Of a DNA stretch of 25,252 bases, positions 1 to 8,581 are shown in pieces (positions within the stretch are counted from its first letter, which is position 1; the number at the start of each line of letters is the position of its first letter). The notes under the pieces were generated by a model. The model ran no database searches. It saw nothing but the letters and a program-made list of their open reading frames with translations, and had not been told where the DNA came from. The DNA is from a virus (taxonomy: Duplodnaviria; Heunggongvirae; Uroviricota; Caudoviricetes), in the IMG/VR virus record IMGVR_UViG_3300037466_003153, positions 1-25,252 of that record. One strand, written 5' to 3'. A program made the translations under genes and the position numbers.

Positions 1-1
1 C

Positions 2-130
2 AAAGCAGGTGAACGTGTTGTTCAACTTGTTATTGTTCCATATCTACAGGCCGAATTTGAAGAAGTTTCTTATGATGAATTAAGTAAAACTGAACGTGGA
101 GAAGGTGGTTTCGGTTCATCAGGTAAGTAA
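2..130 (+). CDS. dut: dUTPase, C-terminal fragment (5' truncated by the window edge)
   Basis: Manual translation from position 2 gives [42 protein letters not shown]. It has the trimeric dUTPase motif IV (GERVVQLV) and motif V ([12 protein letters not shown]). The ORF track misses it because it has no start codon in the window. Confidence 0.93.
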   Translation, partial: KAGERVVQLVIVPYLQAEFEEVSYDELSKTERGEGGFGSSGK

Positions 131-140
131 TAGGTACTAA

Positions 141-440
141 ATGGCTAAGAGCAAAGAGCGAAGTGAAGTTGAACATCTTAGAGCAGAAAATCGTAAACTC
201 AGGAGTGAGAATAAACAACTCAAAAAGCAAGTAGCCAGAAGTAATAAGTTAGCCAATCGGTATGAAGATATCGATGAAAAAATTCAAGAGATTGAGCTTG
301 AGAAGGATGTTCGTATTGCTCCAGAAGCAGACAGATGTCCTAATTGTACCGGTAAGCTTAAAGAAGTAAGTATTGGAATTCGAACCTTAATAACATGCGA
401 TAGTTGTAATTATCGCGAAACAAAGAAACATAATGGCTAG
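141..440 (+). CDS. Hypothetical protein: N-terminal coiled coil plus C-terminal Zn ribbon
   Basis: 99 aa; heptad-like LRAENRKLRSENKQLKKQV followed by CPNC-x17-CDSC. Sits tightly between dut and the HNH gene. Confidence 0.75.
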   Translation: MAKSKERSEVEHLRAENRKLRSENKQLKKQVARSNKLANRYEDIDEKIQEIELEKDVRIAPEADRCPNCTGKLKEVSIGIRTLITCDSCNYRETKKHNG

Positions 441-789
441 AACATTTAATAAGAAGACATGGCTTATTAGCCAATTACGAAGATTAACATTAAGATATCC
501 ACCAGCAATTAGAGCTACCAATCGTACTAGGGAAGAATATTACATCCTTAGTAAAAAAGGTAAGCCTATGAAACGTGTTAAATATACATGTGCTGATTGT
601 GGAAAGAAAGATCTAAAGCGTTCGGAAATGGATTTAGATCATAAAATTCCAGTAGTTGACGTTAACACTGGATTTACCAATTGGGAAGACTTTATTAACG
701 GATTATTCTGCGATGAAGAAAACCTTTGGCTTATCTGTAAACCATGTCATGAAGCCAAAACTGCTGAAGAGAATAAGTCAAGAAAATAA
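433..789 (+). CDS. HNH endonuclease family protein (Zn-binding type)
   Basis: CADC ... DLDHKIPV ... ENLWLICKPCHEAKT matches the C-x2-C / DH / N-L-x3-C-x2-CH-x2-KT HNH signature. Overlaps the upstream gene by 8 nt. Confidence 0.88.
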   Translation: MARTFNKKTWLISQLRRLTLRYPPAIRATNRTREEYYILSKKGKPMKRVKYTCADCGKKDLKRSEMDLDHKIPVVDVNTGFTNWEDFINGLFCDEENLWLICKPCHEAKTAEENKSRK

Positions 790-792
790 TAC

Positions 793-821
793 TTGATCTT
801 TTCTTGTTAGTTTGTTAAGAT
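793..821 (+). promoter_or_regulatory. Candidate sigma70-type promoter for the envelope cassette
   Basis: TTGATC (793-798), a 17-nt spacer, then TAAGAT (816-821). The ATG at 828 lies 7 nt downstream and has no SD. Confidence 0.55.
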
Positions 822-827
822 ATATTA

Positions 828-1037
828 ATGAACGTAACGACAACACGTAAAATTATTAGCGGTGCTGTACTCCTTATTACAGGGATTGTTATCACATATT
901 GGAAAGGTGATATCCCATCAAACATGAAAGAGTTGATGGAAAATCTCTATTACGGATTTGTGGCTGGTAACGCTTTTGAACATTTTACAACAATGAAACT
1001 TAATCAAACAGATAACAAGAAGGTAGTAAATGAATAG
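828..1037 (+). CDS. Small membrane protein (holin-like, 1-2 hydrophobic segments)
   Basis: 69 aa; TTRKIISGAVLLITGIVITYW is TM-like, there is a second apolar patch LYYGFVAGNAF, and the C-terminus is charged. Overlaps the next gene by 8 nt. Confidence 0.6.
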   Translation: MNVTTTRKIISGAVLLITGIVITYWKGDIPSNMKELMENLYYGFVAGNAFEHFTTMKLNQTDNKKVVNE

Positions 1038-1803
1038 TGATTTAAAATATTTCGGCGGACTAGCGTTGCTTGTTCTTGCTGTAGTTGGAGTGAGTCAAAT
1101 TAGTTTTGGTACTAACTATCCTCAAATCCCATCTCAGTATGAACGCCAATCAGAAGCAATTCCTACTCCAAATGCTTCAGTACAAGCTACAGAAGCAAAA
1201 CCTGTTGAAGCTAAGAATATCGATATTAAGAAGGGTACTGCACTTTTCCTAACGGAAGAAGTTACTGCAGAATCTTCTAATAAGGTTATCGATGGTATTC
1301 GTGATGCAAATCATAAGAAACCAGGACAACCAATTTATCTTCTACTCGATAGCCCTGGTGGAAGTGTTCTAGACGGTGCTCGCGTTATCTCTGCTATCCA
1401 AGCATCTAAAGCTCCTGTCTATACCGTTTGCTTGCAAATTTGTGCTTCAATGGCAGCAATGATTCTTGAATATGGTCATGAGCGTTACGCTGTTGATCGT
1501 AGCATTGTCATGTTCCATCCTGCTTCAGTTGGAACTATGTATCAAGGTGAACTAGATAAACTTGTATCTCGTTTCTCATTCCTAAAGCGTTTCGTAGATA
1601 AGATGGATTATTATACAGCATCTCGTTCTGGCCAATCTTATGAATCTTTCAAAGCTAAGTCTAGCCGTGAACTTTGGATTGATGCCGAAGACGCACTAAG
1701 AGATCATTATATTGATAAAATTGTACGCGTAGATCTTTCATCCGGTTATAAAGTAGATTTCGGCAATAACAAAATGAGAGAACATATTAAGCTTTCTTGG
1801 TGA
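1030..1803 (+). CDS. ClpP-like serine peptidase (Clp protease proteolytic subunit / S14-S49 fold) with an N-terminal signal anchor
   Basis: PIYLLLDSPGGSVLDG, nucleophile motif ICASMAAMIL, catalytic His motif IVMFHPAS and C-terminal LWIDAEDALRDHYIDKIV. N-terminal hydrophobic stretch FGGLALLVLAVVGV followed by a P/T/A/E-rich linker. Confidence 0.85.
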   Translation: MNSDLKYFGGLALLVLAVVGVSQISFGTNYPQIPSQYERQSEAIPTPNASVQATEAKPVEAKNIDIKKGTALFLTEEVTAESSNKVIDGIRDANHKKPGQPIYLLLDSPGGSVLDGARVISAIQASKAPVYTVCLQICASMAAMILEYGHERYAVDRSIVMFHPASVGTMYQGELDKLVSRFSFLKRFVDKMDYYTASRSGQSYESFKAKSSRELWIDAEDALRDHYIDKIVRVDLSSGYKVDFGNNKMREHIKLSW

Positions 1804-1806
1804 TAT

Positions 1807-2085
1807 ATGAAAAAATACTGGAGTTGGTTTTTAGGCGCATTTGCATTAGTTCTTGGATTGTTCTTTGTCGAACGAAACAAGAAGAAGATTCTTCAAGTTG
1901 CTTTGGATAATTCTGAAGGTAACGCTAAAGATCAACTCCTTAAGTATCAGCAAGGTCAAACTTCATCTAGCATTGATGTAGAAAAACAAAAGTTGGAAGA
2001 AATAAAGAAACAACAAGCTCAAGCGAGTCAACAAAATCCAACACCAGAAGAAATTGAACAATATTGGAATAAAAAGAAGGATTGA
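1807..2085 (+). CDS. N-terminally membrane-anchored coiled-coil protein (i-spanin-like topology)
   Basis: MKKYWSWFLGAFALVLGLFFV TM segment followed by a Q/K/E-rich helical domain; 92 aa. Confidence 0.6.
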   Translation: MKKYWSWFLGAFALVLGLFFVERNKKKILQVALDNSEGNAKDQLLKYQQGQTSSSIDVEKQKLEEIKKQQAQASQQNPTPEEIEQYWNKKKD

Positions 2086-2086
2086 T

Positions 2087-2470
2087 ATGAAATACCTAAT
2101 TCTTATATCGTTTATTTTCTCTTCTCTTACTGCATATGCTGATGATGTAAAATACGTCAAACAGGGCGACATTGTTCCATACACAGGATATCTTTTTTCA
2201 CCTGATAAAGAACGTGAAGTTCGTTTGATGGACCAAGATTACAAGTTTACCAAAGACTTGAATCTTACACTCACTAACATGAATAAGCTATACGAAGAGA
2301 ATACTAAAATCCTAGAAGCAAGAATTACAAATAAAGATAATCAAATTGACAATCTTAATAATGAACTATCCAAAAAGAGCGATGGTCTTCTTGGTAAGGT
2401 TGGTATGTTTATCTTAGGTGCTTTAGTTACAACTGGCATTGCTTATGGGGTTTCAAGAGCCACAAAATGA
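2087..2470 (+). CDS. Exported coiled-coil protein with a cleavable signal peptide and C-terminal TM anchor
   Basis: The start is better placed at ATG 2087 (SD AAGGA at 2078-2081, just after the TGA at 2083-2085) than at 2054. MKYLILISFIFSSLTAYA/DD looks like an SPase I signal; coiled coil LEARITNKDNQIDNLNNEL; C-terminal TM VGMFILGALVTTGIAYGV; no Cys. Confidence 0.7.
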   Translation: MKYLILISFIFSSLTAYADDVKYVKQGDIVPYTGYLFSPDKEREVRLMDQDYKFTKDLNLTLTNMNKLYEENTKILEARITNKDNQIDNLNNELSKKSDGLLGKVGMFILGALVTTGIAYGVSRATK

Positions 2471-2835
2471 ACAAAGACCTAACCGACCAAGAACTTATCG
2501 AATTGGCTAAAAAAGCAAAGCCTGTTCCTGTTGAGGAAGATAAGCCTAAAAAGATGGGAGCACCAAAAAAGAAGCGTATCTTCTCTGCTCTATCCGATTT
2601 TATGGCAGCTACTGGTCTTAAACCAGGACGCAATGAAGCCGATAAAGTTTTAATTTATGAAGCATATTGTGAATGGGCAGATAATCCTGCTACTCGCAAT
2701 GCTTTCTATTTGGAAATGAATAAATATTTTAAAAAGTCAAGCGAACCTTATTATAAACTTAATATGATGCCCATCACATTGATGGAAATTGTAAAGGAAA
2801 TCAAAAATGGCAAAAACGAAACGTCAAAAAGCTAA
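2467..2835 (+). CDS. Putative DNA-binding protein (winged-helix-like C-terminal half)
   Basis: ATGA overlap with the upstream stop. Basic PKKMGAPKKKR patch. The segment LIYEAYCEWADNPATRNAFYLEMNKYF resembles the 'LY..Y..W....F...L...F' pattern of D5/phage-primase C-terminal winged helices. Confidence 0.55.
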   Translation: MNKDLTDQELIELAKKAKPVPVEEDKPKKMGAPKKKRIFSALSDFMAATGLKPGRNEADKVLIYEAYCEWADNPATRNAFYLEMNKYFKKSSEPYYKLNMMPITLMEIVKEIKNGKNETSKS

Positions 2836-3193
2836 ATATCCTGGCCTAAAAAAGAATCTAAACGTAAAAGTAAGACAAGAACTCATCGATCACGATTATA
2901 TTGACAAGCTTAATGATGAAGAAAAAGCATGGCTTAGTAAATTTAATGAAGAATATGTAAGCGCTAGTTTTAAAAAAACCAAAGGCGGAAAGTTCTCACC
3001 TAAAAATCTTCATAAAACTAAGAAGCTTAGAAAAGATTGTTATGACCGTAACAATTGGCGTAACAATGATGTTCTAGGTGTTACTAAAGCTAACGGTATG
3101 CTTAAGGAAGAAGAATCAGCACAAGCTATTCTTGAAGATCGTAGCGTTCGCTCAGCAGGGCTGAGTCGAGGATACAATTATTTCCTTGATTGA
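2807..3193 (+). CDS. Hypothetical basic phage protein
   Basis: 128 aa, Lys-rich, SD AAGGA upstream. The true C-terminus is uncertain (see the finding at 3149-3230). Confidence 0.7.
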   Translation: MAKTKRQKAKYPGLKKNLNVKVRQELIDHDYIDKLNDEEKAWLSKFNEEYVSASFKKTKGGKFSPKNLHKTKKLRKDCYDRNNWRNNDVLGVTKANGMLKEEESAQAILEDRSVRSAGLSRGYNYFLD

Positions 3194-3203
3194 TGCATCC
3201 AAT

Positions 3204-3509
3204 TTAGTGGTGGATACCGAGGAAACCTAATTTAGACATAGTTTCAAGGAAGCCTAAAATGCCAGCAAATAACCATCCTACAAAATGGAATTTCTCTTTT
3301 AGGCTTTCTAATTTTCTTAATCTTGCATCAGATTCTTTTTTATAAATATCTAATGCTTCTTGGGTGAGTTCATTTGCACGTTCTGCAGCTGCAGTACGAC
3401 GCATATGTTCTTTAAGATCGGCTCTAATTTCAGTAAGGCAAATATCTACCTTATCAATTCGCTCATCTTGTTTATCCAACTTCTTCTCTAATTTATCAAA
3501 GCGATCCAT
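3204..3509 (-). CDS. Holin-like protein (coiled coil plus C-terminal TM, XhlA-like architecture)
   Basis: Coiled coil DRFDKLEKKLDKQDERIDKVDICLTEIRADL followed by a single TM FHFVGWLFAGILGFL. It is the last gene of the - strand late arm. Confidence 0.55.
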   Translation of the reverse strand: MDRFDKLEKKLDKQDERIDKVDICLTEIRADLKEHMRRTAAAERANELTQEALDIYKKESDARLRKLESLKEKFHFVGWLFAGILGFLETMSKLGFLGIHH

Positions 3510-3529
3510 ACTACACCACGATTAGTTAA

Positions 3530-5689
3530 TTATTTGCTGTTATCTCCAAAAGCACCACCAAGATGCTTATTTAACATTTCCCTATATTCAGGGTTTTGCT
3601 GAATAGCGAACAATGCTGCATTTCTTCCAACGTTATCTTTTTTCATAACATCAGCTAACTCAGCTGCTAATCTCATCCCTTTAGCACCTTGAGTCATGAC
3701 AGATTTTGCTACTTCTTGAAGCTGTTGTGGAGTTGCTTTAGAAATATCTGTAGCAACTTTATTAACAGCTAAACCAGCAATGTTGCCAGCATTGACTGCA
3801 CCAGGACCAACGTAAGTTGACTTATTGAGAAGTCCTAAACGTTGAGCCTTTTGTGAAAGATTTAATACTTCAGAAGCACGTTCAATAGTAGGTTTAAGAG
3901 CAGCTGCCTTAGCAGGATCAGCTTGTGCTAACAAACGCATCGCTTCATCCATTTTATAGGAAGCATTTTCACCCGCATCTGTATCACGCGCCATTCTCTT
4001 AATGACGTTATTCAACTTCTGTTCGCCTTGAACAGTAAGACGTTGTTGACCTGTAGCAGCATCCTTAATGAAGTCACTACCGTCAATACCTAAAATATCC
4101 ATAGTTTGTTTAGCGGCAGCATATTTGTTGTTTGCTGAAGCTAAGTCAGAACTCGATGTAGAAATTTGATCGCCAATGCCCTTAGCTGATTGCTTAAGCT
4201 GGTTGATAGCTTCATTAGTTTCAAGTTTAGGTGATCCACCTTTTACACCATTTAGGTTATTCAAGGTTTCTTGGATATCTTGAGCTTTTTCAAAATCAAC
4301 ATTGGTTGGATCAATTCCACCTGGACGATATTTAGTGGTTTCTGTCATAACAGGACCACGTTCAGAAGGAGTAAATCCACCTTCTACAGCTGGCTTATCT
4401 AATACAGTTTTAGCAGAAGCTTTTGATTTGAAGTTATTAGCTAAATCACCTTCATCAAGATCGTGTCCCAATACCATTCCATTTTCGTCTTTAATTGGAA
4501 TAGCACGTTCAGATGCTCCAACTTGTTCATCAGAATGTTTCAAGAGAGTAAGGAGCTTATTACCTTGTTCATCTTCAGAAGGTACAATGGTTGTATTTAA
4601 ATTTTGTCCTAAAGCATTGGCTGAAGCTTTAGCCTTAGCAGCTTCTAATTCTAATGCATCGCGAGCTGAAGGAGATGATGGAATTTCTTTACCTGGAGTA
4701 AATTTTGAATACTGAACTGGCGTTTCAACTTCTTTACCAAGAAGGAGATTGTCTAGATAAGACTGAAGTTTATTTACATCCTTAATAGCATCAGGATTGT
4801 CACTCTTTTTGAGTCTATCAATAAGAGTTTTAATATCATCAATTTGATCAGAAACGTCAATCTTTTTACCAGAAGCTTTAATTGCAGCTTTTGCTTTACC
4901 AATATTAGTACCAGCATCTTGTAATGCTTCTCTGCTTCCAAAGCCAACAGACTTAGCAGCATCGCGAGCACCTTGTTCTGCAGCTTCCAAACCTTCTTTA
5001 GTAACAAGATTAACACCTTGCTTACCATATTTATAGGATTTAGAAACATCTTGTGCTAAGTTTGTATCAGCGAGTAAATCACCAAGACTTTTTAGACCAC
5101 TACCAATTCCTTTAGCAGCACCAATACCAGCATGAATAGCACCACCAGCAACTGCACCACCTGCAGCTCCTTCAGCAGCGTCTTTTAATGCTCCACCAAC
5201 ATCACCTTTAGTAATATCAGCTTGGCTATCACCCAAACCTGTTAATGCTCCAGCAGCTGCACCTGTTTTAAGAGCTGCCATAAGTCCTTCAGCACCAGCT
5301 GTTCCGCCACCAGATAATAGAGCAGGAGCTACACCACCAGCAATGTTACCAACTAGGAAAGCATTAGGACTACGTTCTTGAGCTTGTTTGTAAAGATCGC
5401 GAGATTCATCACGGTGCTTACGATAAGCATCCATAAAATTTTCTAAATCTGTTTTACCGGAGAGTGTATCACCAAGAGCTTCAGCTCCACCAGCAAGTTC
5501 ATCTGCAAATCCTAAAGAAGCACCTTGAGCAACACCACGCATTGCATCTTTAAAAGTCTGAGATGCGTCATTATCACCAGTAGCTCCAGCTAATGAACGA
5601 TTTTGAGCCAAATAAGCATCAGGATCAAAACCACCTTTAGGTGCTGCAGCTGCTTTTTGTTTTAGATACTCATCTGGATTGAATGCCAT
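3530..5689 (-). CDS. Putative DNA ejection / internal virion protein (large)
   Basis: 719 aa. N-terminal repeated FNPDEYL/FDPDAYL, AMRGVAQGASLGFADELAG and long Gly/Ala-rich amphipathic stretches, as in podovirus ejection proteins. Lies downstream of the nozzle. Confidence 0.7.
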   Translation of the reverse strand: MAFNPDEYLKQKAAAAPKGGFDPDAYLAQNRSLAGATGDNDASQTFKDAMRGVAQGASLGFADELAGGAEALGDTLSGKTDLENFMDAYRKHRDESRDLYKQAQERSPNAFLVGNIAGGVAPALLSGGGTAGAEGLMAALKTGAAAGALTGLGDSQADITKGDVGGALKDAAEGAAGGAVAGGAIHAGIGAAKGIGSGLKSLGDLLADTNLAQDVSKSYKYGKQGVNLVTKEGLEAAEQGARDAAKSVGFGSREALQDAGTNIGKAKAAIKASGKKIDVSDQIDDIKTLIDRLKKSDNPDAIKDVNKLQSYLDNLLLGKEVETPVQYSKFTPGKEIPSSPSARDALELEAAKAKASANALGQNLNTTIVPSEDEQGNKLLTLLKHSDEQVGASERAIPIKDENGMVLGHDLDEGDLANNFKSKASAKTVLDKPAVEGGFTPSERGPVMTETTKYRPGGIDPTNVDFEKAQDIQETLNNLNGVKGGSPKLETNEAINQLKQSAKGIGDQISTSSSDLASANNKYAAAKQTMDILGIDGSDFIKDAATGQQRLTVQGEQKLNNVIKRMARDTDAGENASYKMDEAMRLLAQADPAKAAALKPTIERASEVLNLSQKAQRLGLLNKSTYVGPGAVNAGNIAGLAVNKVATDISKATPQQLQEVAKSVMTQGAKGMRLAAELADVMKKDNVGRNAALFAIQQNPEYREMLNKHLGGAFGDNSK

Positions 5690-5690
5690 A

Positions 5691-7262
5691 TTATTGTAAC
5701 CCGTGCATTTTTAGAATTTGATCAGATCTCGGATCGCCTTTGTTTGCTTTAGCCCATTCAATAGCTTGTTTATCTTGATCAGAAAGATCACTAGATGATT
5801 GGGAAGCAGTAGGTGATTTACCTTTATTCTTTTCTAAGTCTTTTAACTCATCAATAGACAATCCTGTAGCACCAGAAAGGGTATTATAGAATTCATCAGG
5901 ATGGCGTTTTTTATATTCATTATGAGTAGAATAAGCTTTCTTTAATTGACCATCAAGAATTTGTTGCTGAGCAGTTTTACGTTCTTGAGATGCAGTTTGG
6001 AGAATTGATTTAATGAATTCGCCTTGACCAGCACCAGTAGGTTTACTTTGAATGGATTGAAGAATTGTATTACCAGTCAATGCAGCGTTGCTTGGCATTA
6101 AGTGTTTGAAACGCTCAACGGAAGGATTACCACGGCTAATCAAACGGTCAAGTGCTCCAGCCATTTCTGCATATTGAGCAGGAGGAACTTTATCCAAATT
6201 TGTATAGTTATGTGCAAGAGCTTCAAGAGCTTGCGTATCATTAATAACTTGTTGAGATTTACCTAGAGCGCCACTTCTTGCTCTATTAGGATCAAGGTCT
6301 TCACCCATGATTTTATTATACTTAAGAACTTCAGCGCTATCTCTTTGTGTTTTTTTATCGGCAGCGGCAGCTTTTCTATTCTCAGAAGCTTCTACCATTC
6401 CGAAATAACGTTCGAGAGGACCGTAAATCTTCTCAAGTGAAGCAACAGACATGTTATCGATGTTTCCAAGCTTCATGCCTACTCTATTTGACATTTGTTG
6501 TAGGATATCACGAGACATTTTAGAAACTGCACTGTTAGGATCGTTTTTATCTTTATCGGTAGCTAGTTCATAAACTTGTTTTTGATGATTTAAATCTTGA
6601 TCAGCAGCAGCTCTACGTTGGAGAATATTCTTTTCATCAGCATCTGCTGTTTTAGCAAGAGCATCAGCAAATCCGCTATTATCTTTATAAGCACCTTTTG
6701 ATAGTGCTTCTGCCATTGTTGAAGAAGCTCTAGCCATTAATGATGCAGCATTAATTTGTTTTGCCTTTTCTTGAGCAGCTTTAAGAGCAGCATCTCCCAA
6801 CTCTTTTCCATATGGATCATTTGGATTTGTGGCTGGAGCAGCTTGTGCAGTTTTAATAGCATCTTGAACATCAGAAGGAGTCGATTTTGCAATAGCAGGA
6901 GAACGGTTAGCTAAGAGTGAAGGAGATGGTCCAACATTACCTTGGTCTTGTTGATTTTTAATAGCACCTGTAACTCTAGCAAATAAGCTAGGTCCATTAG
7001 GTCCAAGATTAGGATCTACACTTGATGCAGCAGGATCTGCTCCACCAGTGTAATCGGAAGGATGAGCTGGATTTTTAGGAAAACCAGTGTTATCATAATT
7101 AGCTTGTGCGTCTGCACCTCTAGCTAAAAGATCACTAACAATTTGACCACCAGAACGGTTTAAATCGGCTTGTTGAAGTGCTTGATTAGCGGCATCTGCA
7201 TCTTCTTGAGAAGGTACTTTACCTGCTTGTAATAATGCTGCAAGTTTTGAAAAGTCGGCCAT
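5691..7262 (-). CDS. Putative DNA ejection / internal virion protein
   Basis: 523 aa, Ala/Gln/Asp-rich and predicted helical, with C-terminal DKQAIEWAKANKGDPRSDQIL. Tightly coupled to its neighbours. Confidence 0.65.
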   Translation of the reverse strand: MADFSKLAALLQAGKVPSQEDADAANQALQQADLNRSGGQIVSDLLARGADAQANYDNTGFPKNPAHPSDYTGGADPAASSVDPNLGPNGPSLFARVTGAIKNQQDQGNVGPSPSLLANRSPAIAKSTPSDVQDAIKTAQAAPATNPNDPYGKELGDAALKAAQEKAKQINAASLMARASSTMAEALSKGAYKDNSGFADALAKTADADEKNILQRRAAADQDLNHQKQVYELATDKDKNDPNSAVSKMSRDILQQMSNRVGMKLGNIDNMSVASLEKIYGPLERYFGMVEASENRKAAAADKKTQRDSAEVLKYNKIMGEDLDPNRARSGALGKSQQVINDTQALEALAHNYTNLDKVPPAQYAEMAGALDRLISRGNPSVERFKHLMPSNAALTGNTILQSIQSKPTGAGQGEFIKSILQTASQERKTAQQQILDGQLKKAYSTHNEYKKRHPDEFYNTLSGATGLSIDELKDLEKNKGKSPTASQSSSDLSDQDKQAIEWAKANKGDPRSDQILKMHGLQ

Positions 7263-8578
7263 TATTGTTTACTTCCTTCCAACTTACGTAAACGATGATG
7301 TAAGTTAGCAGTAGCCGCCATCATTGCAGCAACACCTTTCTTAACATCAATTTGCTTACCTTCTGGAGTTTCGGATACCATGTTTTTACCAACGTGGGAT
7401 TTTTCAACGTCTTGAGCAATAACTCCAGTGTTAATACCTGGACTATGATTTGGATCTTTATATTCATAGTTTGCAGAATGAAGCTTATCTAAGAAATCTT
7501 CGATAGCATTTGTTCCATCGGTAATATTTTTCTTTGCATTCTTATCAGAAAGAATAGCTCCATAATTTGGAGAAGTTGTTTTTTCTGGCATTGGTCCCAT
7601 AAAACCTGCCGGTTTTGCTGATTCTACACCTGTTCCAGCACCACCAAACATACCACCAGCAAATGCAGCTTGAGCACCTTGGTCAACCGCGCTACCAATT
7701 CCAGACCACATACCACGAGTATTTGCAGCTTGTTGGCCATAGTAGCCAGCTAGTGTATTATCTTGTGCAGCAATACCTTTAGCTTTAGTCATTTGGTTAT
7801 TAAATTGTTGTTGATATAAACCTTTATTATACATTTCTTGCTGATTAGCCAAACCAACATTTTGGTTAGCAATATTTTGTTTATTAGCAAGATTTGAAGC
7901 TTGAGCATTATTTCTAGCAGCAACGTTACCAGACATTACTTGTTGTCTATTTGCAGCATTGAAACGATCGATTGCGTCCTGAGCTTGCGCGGCATTTGCA
8001 GCTTCGCCATAGTCTTGGCTACGAATTTGTCCACCAAGATTTCCAGCATTGGTTGTGGCTTCTAATGCACGCTGAGTTGCTTGTGCAGCAAGATTATTAC
8101 CTTGAGTGTTTGCACTATCCATTGCTTGTTGAGAAGATGCGAGTTGTGCAGCAAGTTCAGCACCTGATCCTGACATACCACGTTGAGCCATGTTTTGTAG
8201 GATAGAAGCATTACGAGCTTCGGCATCTCTATCAACACCACGGTTAATTTGAGTAATAGCTGCTCTATCGGATGCAGTAAGACCTTCACTACCTTGTTGT
8301 ACAAGCTTTTGTAGAGCCTGCATTTGAGTATCTTTTAAACGTGGGTCTGTACTAATATTCTTAAGATTTGTATCACCTTGGGAAATGGCATCTACCATCT
8401 CAGGTGTAAGTTCACCTTGACTCTCAAGTTTTTCTAAGGCAATACGTTGTTCATCAATGGTTGGAACATTTACGTCTTGAATAGCTTTAAGAGCATTTTG
8501 ATAAGCTGCTTTTTGTGCATCCTCATCACCATTGTCAAAAAGATTACCGGCGATACCGCCAATTAATGAACCTAACAT
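7262..8578 (-). CDS. Putative ejection/pilot protein with a C-terminal peptidase S74 (intramolecular chaperone) domain
   Basis: Gly-rich N-terminus MLGSLIGGIAG and a Q/A/N-rich helical body. The C-terminus carries LSDKNAKKNI ... YEYK ... GVIAQDVE ... NLHHRLRKLE, the S74 signature. Confidence 0.75.
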   Translation of the reverse strand: MLGSLIGGIAGNLFDNGDEDAQKAAYQNALKAIQDVNVPTIDEQRIALEKLESQGELTPEMVDAISQGDTNLKNISTDPRLKDTQMQALQKLVQQGSEGLTASDRAAITQINRGVDRDAEARNASILQNMAQRGMSGSGAELAAQLASSQQAMDSANTQGNNLAAQATQRALEATTNAGNLGGQIRSQDYGEAANAAQAQDAIDRFNAANRQQVMSGNVAARNNAQASNLANKQNIANQNVGLANQQEMYNKGLYQQQFNNQMTKAKGIAAQDNTLAGYYGQQAANTRGMWSGIGSAVDQGAQAAFAGGMFGGAGTGVESAKPAGFMGPMPEKTTSPNYGAILSDKNAKKNITDGTNAIEDFLDKLHSANYEYKDPNHSPGINTGVIAQDVEKSHVGKNMVSETPEGKQIDVKKGVAAMMAATANLHHRLRKLEGSKQ

Positions 8579-8581
8579 CGT

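Noticed and set aside
30-230. - strand 66-aa ORF in the track
   Set aside because: It lies antisense to the dut 3' end and the 141-440 gene, which have clear motifs; it is a shadow ORF.
1030-1803. Prohead maturation protease assignment
   Set aside because: The gene is on the opposite strand and over 20 kb from the capsid gene, it has a membrane anchor, and a separate scaffold gene is present.
1963-2633. - strand ORFs 1963-2184 and 2427-2633, and the 2054 start for the 2470 gene
   Set aside because: The two ORFs are shadows of well-coupled + strand genes. The 2087 ATG has an SD and gives a clean signal peptide.
3515-3530. TTAACTAAT upstream of the holin-like gene as a seventh motif copy
   Set aside because: It has two mismatches and the following spacer is not AT-rich like the others; support is insufficient.
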